A stretch of 64,000 bases of DNA, counting the filler, from Stramenopiles sp. TOSAG23-2 (lineage: Eukaryota), in the NCBI GenBank assembly GCA_900128395.1. It is 9 parts of 9 records of this genome, joined end to end, with 100 filler letters (N's around TTAATTAATTAA, not from the genome) between each part and the next. Parts side by side here need not be neighbours in the genome. Positions count along the whole stretch, not along the records: positions 43,621 to 52,208 come from LT650184.1; positions 52,309 to 60,894 come from LT650185.1; 7 more parts are not named here. One strand, given 5' to 3'. Position 1 is the stretch's first letter. Each line of letters opens with the position of its first letter. The notes under the pieces were generated by a model. The model made no database searches and was not told the DNA's origin. It saw nothing but the letters and a program-made list of their open reading frames with translations. The translations under genes and the position numbers were made by a program. Below, one piece after another: positions 43,844 to 55,600 of the stretch.

Positions 43844-45118
43844 ATGGTTGCATCTGCTGTAATTGTGACGGATTTAAAAGGCAAAGTATTGATATCCCGT
43901 AACTATCGTGGAGATATACCGATGAATTCATCTGAAAAGTTTAGTCAAAGAATACAAAATTTAGATGAATGTGATATCAAACCTGTCTTTACCGAAAATG
44001 GCGTGACATACGCTAGTGTGAAGCAAAACAATGTTTACATATTGGCGTTAACGAAAAGAAACGTAAATATTACATTGACACTATTGTATTTATATCGTAT
44101 ATGCGATGTCTTCAAAGAATATTTTGGTGATATAACTGAAGAGTCCATTCGCGATAATTTTGTTATTATATATGAGTTAATGGACGAGATGATGGATTTT
44201 GGCTACCCGCAAACTACTGAACATAAAATTTTAAAAGAATTTATTATGCAAACAGGTTTGAAAAGCGCAACTGAACAAGTAAAACCACCAATATCGTTGA
44301 CAAATGCTGTCTCGTGGAGAAGCGAAGGTATCAAGCACAGGAAAAATGAAATTTTTCTGGATGTAATAGAAAAATTAAATTTATTAGTATCTAGCAATGG
44401 AACGGTTTTGAATTCGGAAATTAATGGTGTTGTTCGAATGAAATCATTTTTGAGTGGCATGCCAGAATTGAAGTTAGGCTTAAATGATAAATTAATGTTT
44501 GAAATGACAGGAAGAAATTATTCACGTGGGAAAGCGGTGATGATGGAAGATATTAAATTTCATCAATGCGTACGTTTGGCAAGGTTTGAGAATGATCGTA
44601 CCATTTCATTTATCCCACCGGATGGTGAATTTGATTTATTGACATACCGCTTGAATACGCATGTGAAACCATTAGTATGGGTTGAAACCAGCGTGGAACC
44701 AGTCGGGAGTAGGATTGAATATATGGTAAAGGCAAAATCACAATTCAAATCGAGATCGATTGCTAATAATGTTGAAATATTTATACCAGTGCCAAGTGAT
44801 GTGGACAGTCCAAGCTTCAAAGCAAGTATTGGTACAGTCACATATATACCAGATAAAGATTGTATCATGTGGAGCATTAAACAATTTTATGGATCAAGGG
44901 AGTATTTGATGAGAGCACATTTTGGTTTACCATCAACAACAGATCGTGAAAATACTGATTGGAAAAAGCCAATTGCAGTGAATTTTGAAATTCCATATTT
45001 CACTGTCTCTGGAATACAAGTACGATATTTAAAAATCATTGAAAAAAGTGGTTATGCAGCATTACCATGGGTTAGATATATAACACAAAATGGTGAATAT
45101 CAATTGAGAATGGCGTAG
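43844..45118 (+). CDS. AP1M1: AP-1 adaptor complex mu subunit
   Basis: 424 aa; DLKGKVLISRNYRGD, EESIRDNFVIIYELMDEMMDFGYPQ, VSWRSEGIKHRKNEIFLDVIE, EKSGYAALPWVRYITQNG. Confidence 0.97.
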   Translation: MVASAVIVTDLKGKVLISRNYRGDIPMNSSEKFSQRIQNLDECDIKPVFTENGVTYASVKQNNVYILALTKRNVNITLTLLYLYRICDVFKEYFGDITEESIRDNFVIIYELMDEMMDFGYPQTTEHKILKEFIMQTGLKSATEQVKPPISLTNAVSWRSEGIKHRKNEIFLDVIEKLNLLVSSNGTVLNSEINGVVRMKSFLSGMPELKLGLNDKLMFEMTGRNYSRGKAVMMEDIKFHQCVRLARFENDRTISFIPPDGEFDLLTYRLNTHVKPLVWVETSVEPVGSRIEYMVKAKSQFKSRSIANNVEIFIPVPSDVDSPSFKASIGTVTYIPDKDCIMWSIKQFYGSREYLMRAHFGLPSTTDRENTDWKKPIAVNFEIPYFTVSGIQVRYLKIIEKSGYAALPWVRYITQNGEYQLRMA

Positions 45119-45174
45119 TAAAATAAAAAGAGAGAGAGAGAGAGAGAGACGCGGTGCGGTGACGTGCTGCAACG

Positions 45175-48100
45175 TTACATTAAATTTGGACGGCTGATAT
45201 ACATATGTATATTTAACTCATCGGTACTTTCTGTTACAGGAGTTATTGACGGCATATTTTGTGAGATAGATATTAATTTATCATACAATCTACAAATCTT
45301 GATTACCAAACGAATTGATTTACACCACTTTGAAACACTTTCTACTCCATTTTTTTCCGTTTTTAAAGCGATGTCGTATCTCACGCCATCACTCGTTTTA
45401 CTTTTCCTTCTCATTGTGGCTATATTCCTACGTACATGGAATTCCATACTTCTTTGATCTGCTATACGCATAACTACACTGTGTTTATCGATTCTTACTG
45501 AACCAAGTAAATCCTTCCCTTGGTGATAGTTTAATTCAGCATACGGTTGAATAGTTTCAAACTTATCTAAGTGGCTTGGGAAATCCATCGGTAAAAAAAG
45601 ACTTAAAGTAATATATCTCCTTTTCCATTTTAATGAGAAAAAACCTGTCTTGCTATATTTCATATACAAAGTTCCGTCTCTAACCAACCTGGAATGTGTT
45701 GTTTCATCGCAATCTAAAGGTATGGCACCTTCAGTACTCCTGATAAATTCCGAAATATGTTTTTCACGTAAAACTTTTGTTACATCTTTATCAACTCCAA
45801 GAGCTTTTATAAATGTCTTCGATATAGACGATTTTTGAATTCGAGATGCACGTCGCATCCTTGATTTTACCCTTGCCCATAACATTTTCCCTTGTGAATC
45901 TACTATTTCTTCGTTCGCATCACTTCCAAATCGACCCCGCTTTTTATTAATTAAGTGGCGAAAACCGCTTATCCAGTTGTTCCACGACTGCAAATTTTCA
46001 GCTTGCAACACTGCTGTTTTAATTTTACCAGTAGTATAATCAGATGTTTTAACATGAAAACAAAGCCATGGGCTTATGCTAGATGTAGTGCTGATTTTAA
46101 TCTGGTCCATTTCTATTGGTAAACCCTGCGATATTTTCTCAATCGTTGAAATAGAAAAGTAAAATTTTCGTTTACCACCATGATTACCTGAAACGAGTGG
46201 GCGTCGAAATATCTTCGCTTCATCCGATGACAAAGTTAATTGTATATGATTTGATTTAATTTCTGATACCCCATCGCTGTTAGAGGATATCCACAGTACG
46301 TAAAATGTAGAGCCACGCCTTAAGTATTCAATCAGCTGAGATTTATCACTGATTTTGGAAGAACTGCCTCTTCGAGTTTTCGTATTGTTGCTCCTACTTC
46401 CTCTTTGAAAGTCATCTACAACTGCAGGAATTGCTTCCATCTGTTCGAATTTGTTTATAAGGGAGTCAAAGGTTAACGATTTTTCTGTATTGGTCGATAA
46501 GACTAGCAACGCTAATATTAATTTCGACAAAATTGGGGTCGAAACTTCAGTTAACAATGCTAGACGTTTAAATATTTGACGAAGAAGCATTTCCCTTCCC
46601 GAATAAACTACGTCTCCATTTTCTCCAGCATTGGATAATTTTTGTATTTGATGTGACAAATTTCTTTTTAAATCTATTTTCTCCTTTTCTAATACTATGC
46701 CGTTCATAAGAAACAAATCTAATGTCACCACTGCATTATCATAATCATGCTCAGCATCTGTATTTTCTGATATTTGAAATAGACTTTCCTGATTCTTAAT
46801 ACGAAAAATTGCTTGCAATTCCTCGTTTACGAACAATTGTCGAATAATTTCGCATATATTGACATTGTTATGTATATCAGTTGCTTTAATAATATTGAAT
46901 ACATCCAATAGTTCTTGGCGAGATATGAGTGGCACTGGAAATTTCACACTAACTAACTCTTCTTCATCTAATGAATCAATAGTTTTTTCATTAATCATGC
47001 TGCTGATACTATCTTGTCGGGTAACTATGTCGTTTTTTTCGTCATCGTTTACACAATCCGAAAATTTTAATTCATCATCAGCTGAGTCTAAATCAAGAAC
47101 TGGCTCTGCCATTTCATCACCAACGTCAAACGCTTTTGATTCTTTCACATCATAATGCGTTCTTTCCTTTCTTTGTGATAGTGATTTTCTCCTAGTCGGC
47201 GATAACGATTTTCTCCTAGTCGGTGTTGGCGGGGAAGGCGTCAGTTTCGATGATGGTGATATGATTCTATTCTCCTGTTTCTCCCCATTCAGCAGCTTTC
47301 TGTTTTGCTTTGAGAAGCTTTGACTTTTACCTGTAGAAAAACTTGAATAGACTGGGCTACTCTTCTTTTTAGCATAAGACGTCTTTGGAGACGATGATTC
47401 TTTCCTCTTCAAACTGTTTCCCCACACTCTCGTTGGGAATAACTCGGGATCAATTCCTAGTTTTTCATGCTGTTCCCTACGAACTTTTTCGGTATTTGGT
47501 TGAAATGTGCATTCTGCTTTTATCATTTGTTCCTTCTCAGTTCTCAGACGTTCTATTTTATTTTTTGCTTTTTCATCTTTCCAGTGAGCGGTTCGTTCAA
47601 ATGTCGATACCCTCCTTCTTTTTTGGTGTTGCCTTTGGCTTTTCTTTCGTAACTTGATACCACTACCACTACTCATTTTCAAATCATTGATAGACATGTG
47701 ATTATTCAAGAAAGATGTCGCTTCTTCGTCACGTTGCGTTTGCTTTTTTAGAAAAGAACTGTCGCGGGTAAAATCAAAAGCTTGGGGAGAGGATGGTAAT
47801 GGAAAACTTAAATTGTTCAAGTGTAGACTCAAAGTTTGCCGTCTCTCTTTTCTTGATATATAACATACATCCTCCATATCGTTTTTTCTCAACTTAGCTT
47901 TGAATCTTAAAAGATGATCGCATTCTGCGCAAGCTGCCTCAAAATTCTTATTTAAGATTTGCTCGTTATCACGCAATATACGATGATATGTTTCAACATT
48001 GTCTATGTGCGGCAGAAAATAATGGATTTCTTTGAAAACATGCCGTAACTCTTCATCGGCACCTGCATCGTGATCGTTGATTAAATAATAAAGTCTGTTA

Positions 48101-49734
48101 AATAGTTTCATAACATTCAAATGCTTCGTTTTAAATTCTATTTCGTCTTTTGCTTTAACATTCTTTAAAGTGATCAACGGGCGTATAATATTTTTTTCTT
48201 CGTGATTATAATATCGTTTGTTTTGTCTATATTTAGCTATCGTTGACTTCAAGCTATAATTATATTCATCTGCTTCTAAAATTCTTTTAAACTCTTCAAT
48301 TTCTCCGACTGTTGTTACATTTAAATCAAACGAGCTGTCCAAGATGAACGAGTCGTTTTTTTCTACATCAATCCACTGCACCTGTTTACCTATTACCGAT
48401 AAATCATGGATAAAAAGTTTCTCATATTCTCTCAAATCGGGACGAATGCGGTTTACGAAATCAGCCACAATATTAATTCCATTTTCGTTACCATATTCAT
48501 TGCCATAAATATTGCCTAATTGCATTATTTCTTTTCCACGTAAGTCTAATGGCCCAATTGTTGTAAATAATTTCAACAATTTTCCACAGCATTCTACGTT
48601 TAATTTCATTTTTTTATCTAACGCTGTGAGCTTTCTTCGTTTTCCAGAAATATTTTTTTTACATGAAAACCATACATAACCACGAGTTACACGCTTTATC
48701 AAGTATGGATAAACGTATCTGTTGACAAGAACATCGACAATATCACCATCCGTAAATACACTATTATTTTTCATGCAATAGACGATAAAAGTGATTACAC
48801 TTGGGTACATATTAGTACTTTTTCTATTGATAATCACTTTGTAAATGGACAAAGAAATTCTTATTAGTTTTTCTATACTAATGACATCGTTGCCGCTTGA
48901 CAACTGATTATGTTTTTCTTTGACCATCTTGTAAAGATTATTAAATGGCATATCCAACAATGACTTTAAATACTTTAAATTTTCCGGCATAAGATATAAT
49001 TTAGTCATAATGCATTTCTCTATTTTGTGTTTGCTAGGTGACTCAATTTCAAACAAGAGCCTTTGAAAGAAGACTTTCGTAAGTGAGGATGCGTTTATGA
49101 TACACGGGTGATATAAACGAAATAATATAAAATCAGCCAAAGTATTTGCATCTTCTACACTTATATTTGGATTCAATAATGCCTGTGCTAAAATCATCGG
49201 TTGTCTACTAATATCATTTAAAAATAAACTTTCCCCTAAAATACCAATATCGTACATGTATTTTTCCATGTTCTTGACGAAATTCTCTTCAAGTGATATG
49301 GGCTCCCATGCTTCAACGTCATGTTCATTTTCAATTTGTGCAACCATAGTCCAGTTTTTTAGTATAGTTTGTTGAGTACGTAATTTTAGGTTTGTGTTTC
49401 TATTCCGCGCATTTAAAAGTTCACTTGGCGAAGTGATTGGTAACCAGGATGAAAAACTTGTGTTGTTGGTACCCACCGTAGTTCTATAATTTTTATTAAA
49501 TTGCCTCGACACATGAAAATCAGCCTGCTCAAACATACTTTTGGTTTCTAGATAAGGCACCACTGGTATTGTTTTATGTTTATTACTTTTTACTCTTAAC
49601 TTGTTCAAAAATTCTTTAATATTTTGACGCAATAATATTTGTTCTGGCAATGGTCCTTCCGGTGGTGTAAAAATATCTAACTTAATAGATACCTTTGCCG
49701 GGGTATTGTCGAGGGTACTAGGATTGTTATACAT
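45175..49734 (-). CDS. Large signalling protein: degenerate RasGAP-like region and two C-terminal PH domains
   Basis: PH motifs LRRGSTF..LQAENLQSWNNWISGFRHL and DGTLYMK..WKRRYITL..KWCKSI; N-terminal helical region resembles IQGAP-type RasGAP (less certain). Confidence 0.6.
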   Translation of the reverse strand: MYNNPSTLDNTPAKVSIKLDIFTPPEGPLPEQILLRQNIKEFLNKLRVKSNKHKTIPVVPYLETKSMFEQADFHVSRQFNKNYRTTVGTNNTSFSSWLPITSPSELLNARNRNTNLKLRTQQTILKNWTMVAQIENEHDVEAWEPISLEENFVKNMEKYMYDIGILGESLFLNDISRQPMILAQALLNPNISVEDANTLADFILFRLYHPCIINASSLTKVFFQRLLFEIESPSKHKIEKCIMTKLYLMPENLKYLKSLLDMPFNNLYKMVKEKHNQLSSGNDVISIEKLIRISLSIYKVIINRKSTNMYPSVITFIVYCMKNNSVFTDGDIVDVLVNRYVYPYLIKRVTRGYVWFSCKKNISGKRRKLTALDKKMKLNVECCGKLLKLFTTIGPLDLRGKEIMQLGNIYGNEYGNENGINIVADFVNRIRPDLREYEKLFIHDLSVIGKQVQWIDVEKNDSFILDSSFDLNVTTVGEIEEFKRILEADEYNYSLKSTIAKYRQNKRYYNHEEKNIIRPLITLKNVKAKDEIEFKTKHLNVMKLFNRLYYLINDHDAGADEELRHVFKEIHYFLPHIDNVETYHRILRDNEQILNKNFEAACAECDHLLRFKAKLRKNDMEDVCYISRKERRQTLSLHLNNLSFPLPSSPQAFDFTRDSSFLKKQTQRDEEATSFLNNHMSINDLKMSSGSGIKLRKKSQRQHQKRRRVSTFERTAHWKDEKAKNKIERLRTEKEQMIKAECTFQPNTEKVRREQHEKLGIDPELFPTRVWGNSLKRKESSSPKTSYAKKKSSPVYSSFSTGKSQSFSKQNRKLLNGEKQENRIISPSSKLTPSPPTPTRRKSLSPTRRKSLSQRKERTHYDVKESKAFDVGDEMAEPVLDLDSADDELKFSDCVNDDEKNDIVTRQDSISSMINEKTIDSLDEEELVSVKFPVPLISRQELLDVFNIIKATDIHNNVNICEIIRQLFVNEELQAIFRIKNQESLFQISENTDAEHDYDNAVVTLDLFLMNGIVLEKEKIDLKRNLSHQIQKLSNAGENGDVVYSGREMLLRQIFKRLALLTEVSTPILSKLILALLVLSTNTEKSLTFDSLINKFEQMEAIPAVVDDFQRGSRSNNTKTRRGSSSKISDKSQLIEYLRRGSTFYVLWISSNSDGVSEIKSNHIQLTLSSDEAKIFRRPLVSGNHGGKRKFYFSISTIEKISQGLPIEMDQIKISTTSSISPWLCFHVKTSDYTTGKIKTAVLQAENLQSWNNWISGFRHLINKKRGRFGSDANEEIVDSQGKMLWARVKSRMRRASRIQKSSISKTFIKALGVDKDVTKVLREKHISEFIRSTEGAIPLDCDETTHSRLVRDGTLYMKYSKTGFFSLKWKRRYITLSLFLPMDFPSHLDKFETIQPYAELNYHQGKDLLGSVRIDKHSVVMRIADQRSMEFHVRRNIATMRRKSKTSDGVRYDIALKTEKNGVESVSKWCKSIRLVIKICRLYDKLISISQNMPSITPVTESTDELNIHMYISRPNLM

Positions 49735-50417
49735 ATTCGGAGTTGGGTTAGTGTCTGCGATTGTTAATGTTTCTTACAGTAAAGTTAGAAGAAAACTATT
49801 GCAGTATTATTTAAATCCTGCCCTTCTACTATATTTTGCTTTTAATTGTATTTAGATTATTTATTATAATTTATTATAATATTAATAAAAAAAAAAGACC
49901 TGGTGTGCAACCTGAGGGTATTAGAGTTGCTGGCAAGGAAAATCTATGGGGTCCAGAGTAAAGCCATACTAATACAGTAACACTCTAGGTATAGCCTTAC
50001 ACATTGATGCAATATTAATACTGTGTCTATGCTGTGCTGCTATTCCTCTTTAGTTAGTATAATATTAATACTATAGCTCTATTCCTCTCTACGCGGTGCT
50101 CTAAGTTTCTTTTTTTTTGCAATTTTGCTTTTCTGCCTTTGTTGTGCAACTTTTGTGTGTGAGGTTAAGGTTGGTGGAAGTAATAATTTATTTCAAATTA
50201 TTACTAGCAACTGCACTACAGTATAATACCTATAGTAATGTATAATCTGACAATAACTAAAAAAGTCAACAGTAATTCTTTTTTACACTTCTTATTCATA
50301 TACAAGAGCATTTCCGCAAATATTTGTATGAATATCCAATCGTTCTTATAGAATTAATGGCAAAGGTATACTTGTATATATTTATATATTCTATGCCATT
50401 TATGAAGGAAAATCGAT

Positions 50418-51497
50418 ATGGAATCTATTACCATACATTTTGGACCGAAAAAAGTCAGTTCTGAGGATGACGAAGCAAGTACCAAAAAACAAGATGACGA
50501 AGAAGAGACATTTAAAGGGCCTAAAGGTAGAACGAATGTTTGGTGGAAGGATGTAAAATATACACCACCAAAAAAAACAGGTCCTGCAAAACGAGTTAAT
50601 TTATTTTGGAAACGTGATTTAAAGAAAAAAGTCTTTTCTCATGAAAAGCATGGACATTGGAGTGGACAATGGAAAACTTGCGACATTTGCACGTTACCCT
50701 ATCCTTGCAATCATATGTCTGAGCATGATCTTAAAAAAAAACTGAAAGAACGTTACGAAAAATTTCCAGTTAACGATCAGGAAGAAACCATCCAACCATC
50801 TCATTATCTATGGGTACAACCAAGAGGCAAACTTATTTGTGAAGAGTTTTTTAAATACCAATCATGTAGGAGTTTTGAAAAGAATGGAAAATGCAAATTT
50901 TGGCATCCCACGGAAGATTTGATAAATAAACCAATACCTCTTCCACGTTGTGATGTATGTACAAAATTAATTTTTGATAAGTATTGCTATAAGCATAGAC
51001 CTCCGTTCGGTAAGGAATTGTGTGATGAAGATAAAAACATTATGAAACTTGGAGGCGAAGTATCGGAAATGTTTAAGTTAGGCGAAATGATTGGATACAA
51101 TAGTGCCTTGGAAAGAAAAATAATTTATGGTTTTGTAGTTACAAGTAAACAGAAAAATCGAGCATATGAAATTAGTGTAACGAAAACGGCAAAAAGGGTT
51201 TTAGAAGTTACACATGGTAAGCTGTATCGTATTCGTGGGTATGTCAGTCGTGGTTGGGATCAAATAAAAAACGTGAAGAAATTGTATAAAAGAAGAGGTG
51301 TTGGATTAGAAGAAGAGCTAAAATCTGAAAAAGTAAATGAAGGTGAAGGTGAGGAAAATGAAGGTGAAAAAGAAGTCAATTGGGGACGTGTGTTTAATGT
51401 GAAATACGAAAAGAGCTTGCCAAATGTCCATCCAGACGAATATTTAGATCGACCTGATACTGGCGGTCCAATAGTTTTTGAACTAGAAGAGGATTGA
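50418..51497 (+). CDS. Zinc-finger protein (CCCH-like plus CxxC motifs)
   Basis: CEEFFKYQSCRSFEKNGKCKFWHP; CDICTLPYPCNH; CDVCT..CYKH. Confidence 0.65.
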   Translation: MESITIHFGPKKVSSEDDEASTKKQDDEEETFKGPKGRTNVWWKDVKYTPPKKTGPAKRVNLFWKRDLKKKVFSHEKHGHWSGQWKTCDICTLPYPCNHMSEHDLKKKLKERYEKFPVNDQEETIQPSHYLWVQPRGKLICEEFFKYQSCRSFEKNGKCKFWHPTEDLINKPIPLPRCDVCTKLIFDKYCYKHRPPFGKELCDEDKNIMKLGGEVSEMFKLGEMIGYNSALERKIIYGFVVTSKQKNRAYEISVTKTAKRVLEVTHGKLYRIRGYVSRGWDQIKNVKKLYKRRGVGLEEELKSEKVNEGEGEENEGEKEVNWGRVFNVKYEKSLPNVHPDEYLDRPDTGGPIVFELEED

Positions 51498-52673
51498 GAA
51501 AAGATATTTTGTATTGAAATATATATATATATATATTATATACATATCACCAGTATACATGTCTAGGTATATATATATACAAAGTATCGTTATGTCCGCG
51601 TGAAATAACTGCAAAGGTCCACATTTGATTATTTAACCTTCCCGTGTTTTATTTAATTATCGTCTATTCCTTATATTATTATCATCATACGATATTTTAT
51701 ATCATAGTTTATAGAAGGATAGCTCCCACAGTACCAGTATATAGCAGGTATTAGCATCCGGACCAGTATCAGGATTACTGAAAAAAAAACCCTTGAAAAT
51801 TAAAATTTAAGGGTTTCCTTTCTTCCCTGTAGCAGCTTTTACGTTAATGTGTTGTATTTTAATTTGATAAATCTACTATTTCTTATTCCTTGAATAGACC
51901 AATAATATGTGTGCACATCATGCCCTATCATCGCCATATAATATCATCGGCCATCGGCCATAAAAAAATCATCATCTCTCATCAACAAACAACAAATGTT
52001 GCAAATGCTTGTTGTTGCTAACCTGGCTAAGGCTTGCAAATAAATAATAATAATATAATCAGATCATTTTTATTATGGGTAGTCTGGAGGATCTATTAGT
52101 GAAATTAGTATGTAAGCAAAATATAATAGTCTAATATAAATAAACCTGTGTATATATATTTATATATTATTTCGTACAACGATAGAAATAAATCAATAAC
52201 CAATTGTANNNNNNNNNNNNNNNNNNNNNNNNNNNNNNNNNNNNNNNNNNNNTTAATTAATTAANNNNNNNNNNNNNNNNNNNNNNNNNNNNNNNNNNNN
52301 NNNNNNNNGGCTATCCTGGCTATAATAATCCAGCTATTTTTTTAGATTTTTTTAGGAGAGTTTTTTTTTCTCAACAACAAGCAACTGCACAACTTGCACC
52401 TTTTGCACCTCTTCTTGCTTGCAACTCTTCTTCTATACTACCTTTAATAACCTCTATACTAATAATATTGTTTACAGATTGTATTGCACTAACTTATAAA
52501 TTATTCAACCCTCCTTTGCAAAAGAAATAAATCGCTTGATGTTTTGAATAATTGAACAAGTCTAATTAAAATATAATACTGAATAATTTCTATCTAAAGA
52601 TACTCAACAATATAGAATACGAATATGATATGTTGTCGCATGCCATAGACTGAAAAAAAACACAAAAATTAAA

Positions 52674-55600
52674 ATGAGTAACAATTACAATAATTTTACC
52701 AATGTAACCAATGTAACTATAATTGAGGACCCAGCGGAATTAAGTTTTGCAAAGCCTTTAGCACACCTATGTCAAGTTCCCGTTGAGGAGATTAATGTAC
52801 GAGATTTTCTTACTATCGAGGAATTCTTGCACACTGCATTCACAGTTGTCGTATTTTTAGCGGTTGCACCTGCAATCGGTTCGACATTCTTACTATTTAA
52901 ACATAGTGTATATAAAAATATCATTCGTCCAGTGAAAGCTAAGGTCAAGTCAATAACGAACAAGACCAAAGAAAAAGTTAAAGACAAAATAAATACAATA
53001 GTTCCTGAAGGTGAGAAGGAAATAGCTGCTACAAAAATTGAGCCCAGCTTGCCTATTAATAAGAAGGAAGTAATTCAACGAAGAAAAACTTTGGATTCGG
53101 CAATGGTGAAGTTTCGTAAAAGTGCTCATTTTGCTGCAAGATCTTCATCGTTTTCAGGCGTAAAAACGTCTCCTTTATCTTCTCCTAAATTAAAAAGGAC
53201 AAACAGTTTCTCTGGCTTTTCCAACATGATAAAATCTAAATCATTAAGTATCACTGATTCCATTTTTAGCATCGGTGAGGATGACGCGGAGGAGATAGAG
53301 GAGGAAGATAAACTGGAGGAAATACAGCAAGAGAAGGAAGATCCAGAAGAAAGTGAAAAGTCAAAAGTCCAGGCAATGTGGTTAAGTATCTTACATGCAT
53401 TACTAGCTTTCTTTACCGGTTCGTATTACTTTTACACACGTTTGTCTTTAAGCAAACCTATTTTGTGTCTCTGCGGCCATATGGTTATATTGCCTTTATT
53501 TAAGCCGTTTTCATTGTCTATGTGGCCCGCATTGATGCCTCTCGTTCAATATGTCCATTGGAAGTCTTACCACAAACATAAATTAAAGGATTATAACAAC
53601 CATATATTACCAGGTTACATGCCTTTTCGAAGAATGATTATAAGTGTTGTCTATGCCTGGTTAGTTGGTATTTTATGGACATTGTACGTATTTGCTACCA
53701 TGCCTTTTTGGCCCTTATTAATAATAGGATCACTTGTCGTTTTTCCCGTGATGATTAGCATATCTTTTGTACTACTTCATTTACCTGTACAAATATTCAA
53801 AGGCCGCGGGATGTGCTGTCGATGTTATATTTGTTGCTACCGAAAACATGATCTTGCAAAATTGGATGATGAGAAAGAGGAATACCTAGAAGCTTTTGCG
53901 AAGATTCATGGTGTGTATGAAGAAAACCTAACCGATGATAGTAAAAAGAAAAAGAAAAAAATAGCAAAAACAGATTGGAAAGAATTTTTAGATGAGAAAG
54001 TATTCGATGGACATCTACTAGCTGCTAAAACATTTAAGATTGAACAAGAGGAAAAGGCGGAGGAAGAGGCAGAAGCGGAAAAAAAAGCTGCAGAGGAAAA
54101 AGAAAAAAATACTATTCATGTTCCAAGTGATATTGCAGCTCTTGAAAATGATACAGTTGAGGAAGAGGAGGATGAAGAAGAAGAGGATGAAGAAGAGGAG
54201 GATGAAGAAGAGGATGAAGATGGTGAAGAAGATGGTGAAGAGGAGGAAGATGGGATAGAAAACGAAGATGCTGCATCTGAACAGTTGGATATATTAACCC
54301 TAAAAGCATTGATGGTTATGTTCGTTGCATGCAATGCATCGGCATTATACTTTGTAGAACTATATTCGGGCGATCTTTCGACAGTAGATGGCATGTATGG
54401 CAAATACTCTGAATTACTAGCAAAATTCCCTTTAAAATTTGTCGACATCAATATCGCTTTAAATTTTTTTGTCCCACTGATATCATTTAAATGGTTAACA
54501 ACTTTTCAAGTCTTATTTACTTTACCGAAGGAAATTGGCTTTCAAATCCCAATGATTGGCGCATTTGGTTTACTGTTCATTGAAGCATCTACAATGGCTG
54601 TGTGGAAATTGCATTTAGTATGTAAGAAACAAAGGATACATTATAGGCTATTGCTGATCCCATTGTTTTTTTTGAAGATCCCTTTTACTTTTTCCACCTA
54701 TTTCTTTATGATATTTGAAATGCTTTGGGAGATAATAGTTGCTTTGTATGGATTGCCTACATTAGGAATGTTGATAATTTATCAATGGATTAAAAGGAAA
54801 CTATCAGAGTTAGATGAAAAAGCTTCATGTTGCTTCAAAAATTGCAAGTGTTGTTACAATAAAAAGGACGAACATTGTTGTTATAGATTTTGTGGACGAT
54901 GTTGCAAAAGAAAGGAAGAGAATGTATATCGTTACAGAGATAAATTTTCAACTGATGATAAAGAGGACGAAGAAATCAATTTGTTGGAATTACAAATTAA
55001 ATCTTATCAATATTCGTTGTTGGGGTCAGTAGGCAAATCAGGTTTTTTTACAATATTTCAATGGAGATATAAAAAGAAAGAAAAAGCGATTGAAGACACA
55101 AAAAAAAAGAGAAGAGAAGTTATGGTAGCCAAAAATTTAATTAGGGTACGAGAAGAGGAAATGCTAGAAAGTATACAGAGTCTCTGTACTTCTTGCAAGA
55201 AACTTGTAGAAGCGAGAGAAGAAGAAAAGAAGCAACAAAGTTATAGGTTTAATAATAGATCATACGATGAAGAAGGAGATGAAGGAATACAAACAAACAA
55301 TGAAAACGAGGTAGTCAAAGCTCATGAGAATGTTTCTAGCAAAGAGCAAAAAAATGAAATGAATTTATTACTAGAGAGAGAGAAAGCTTTGAACGACTCC
55401 ATTGCACCATATAATAAAATCAAAAAGCAATATGATGAAGAAAGAAAAGAAAAAAAAAAGAGAAGGTTAACAAGATTCCGTAGTATGAATAAGGAAAATG
55501 GGTTAAAAGATGAATATTTCTTACATAAACAATCAAGAGCTAAAGCAGCAAAAAATTTCGAAGAAGAACTTCAACGTATTAAAAGTGAAATAAAAAAAGA

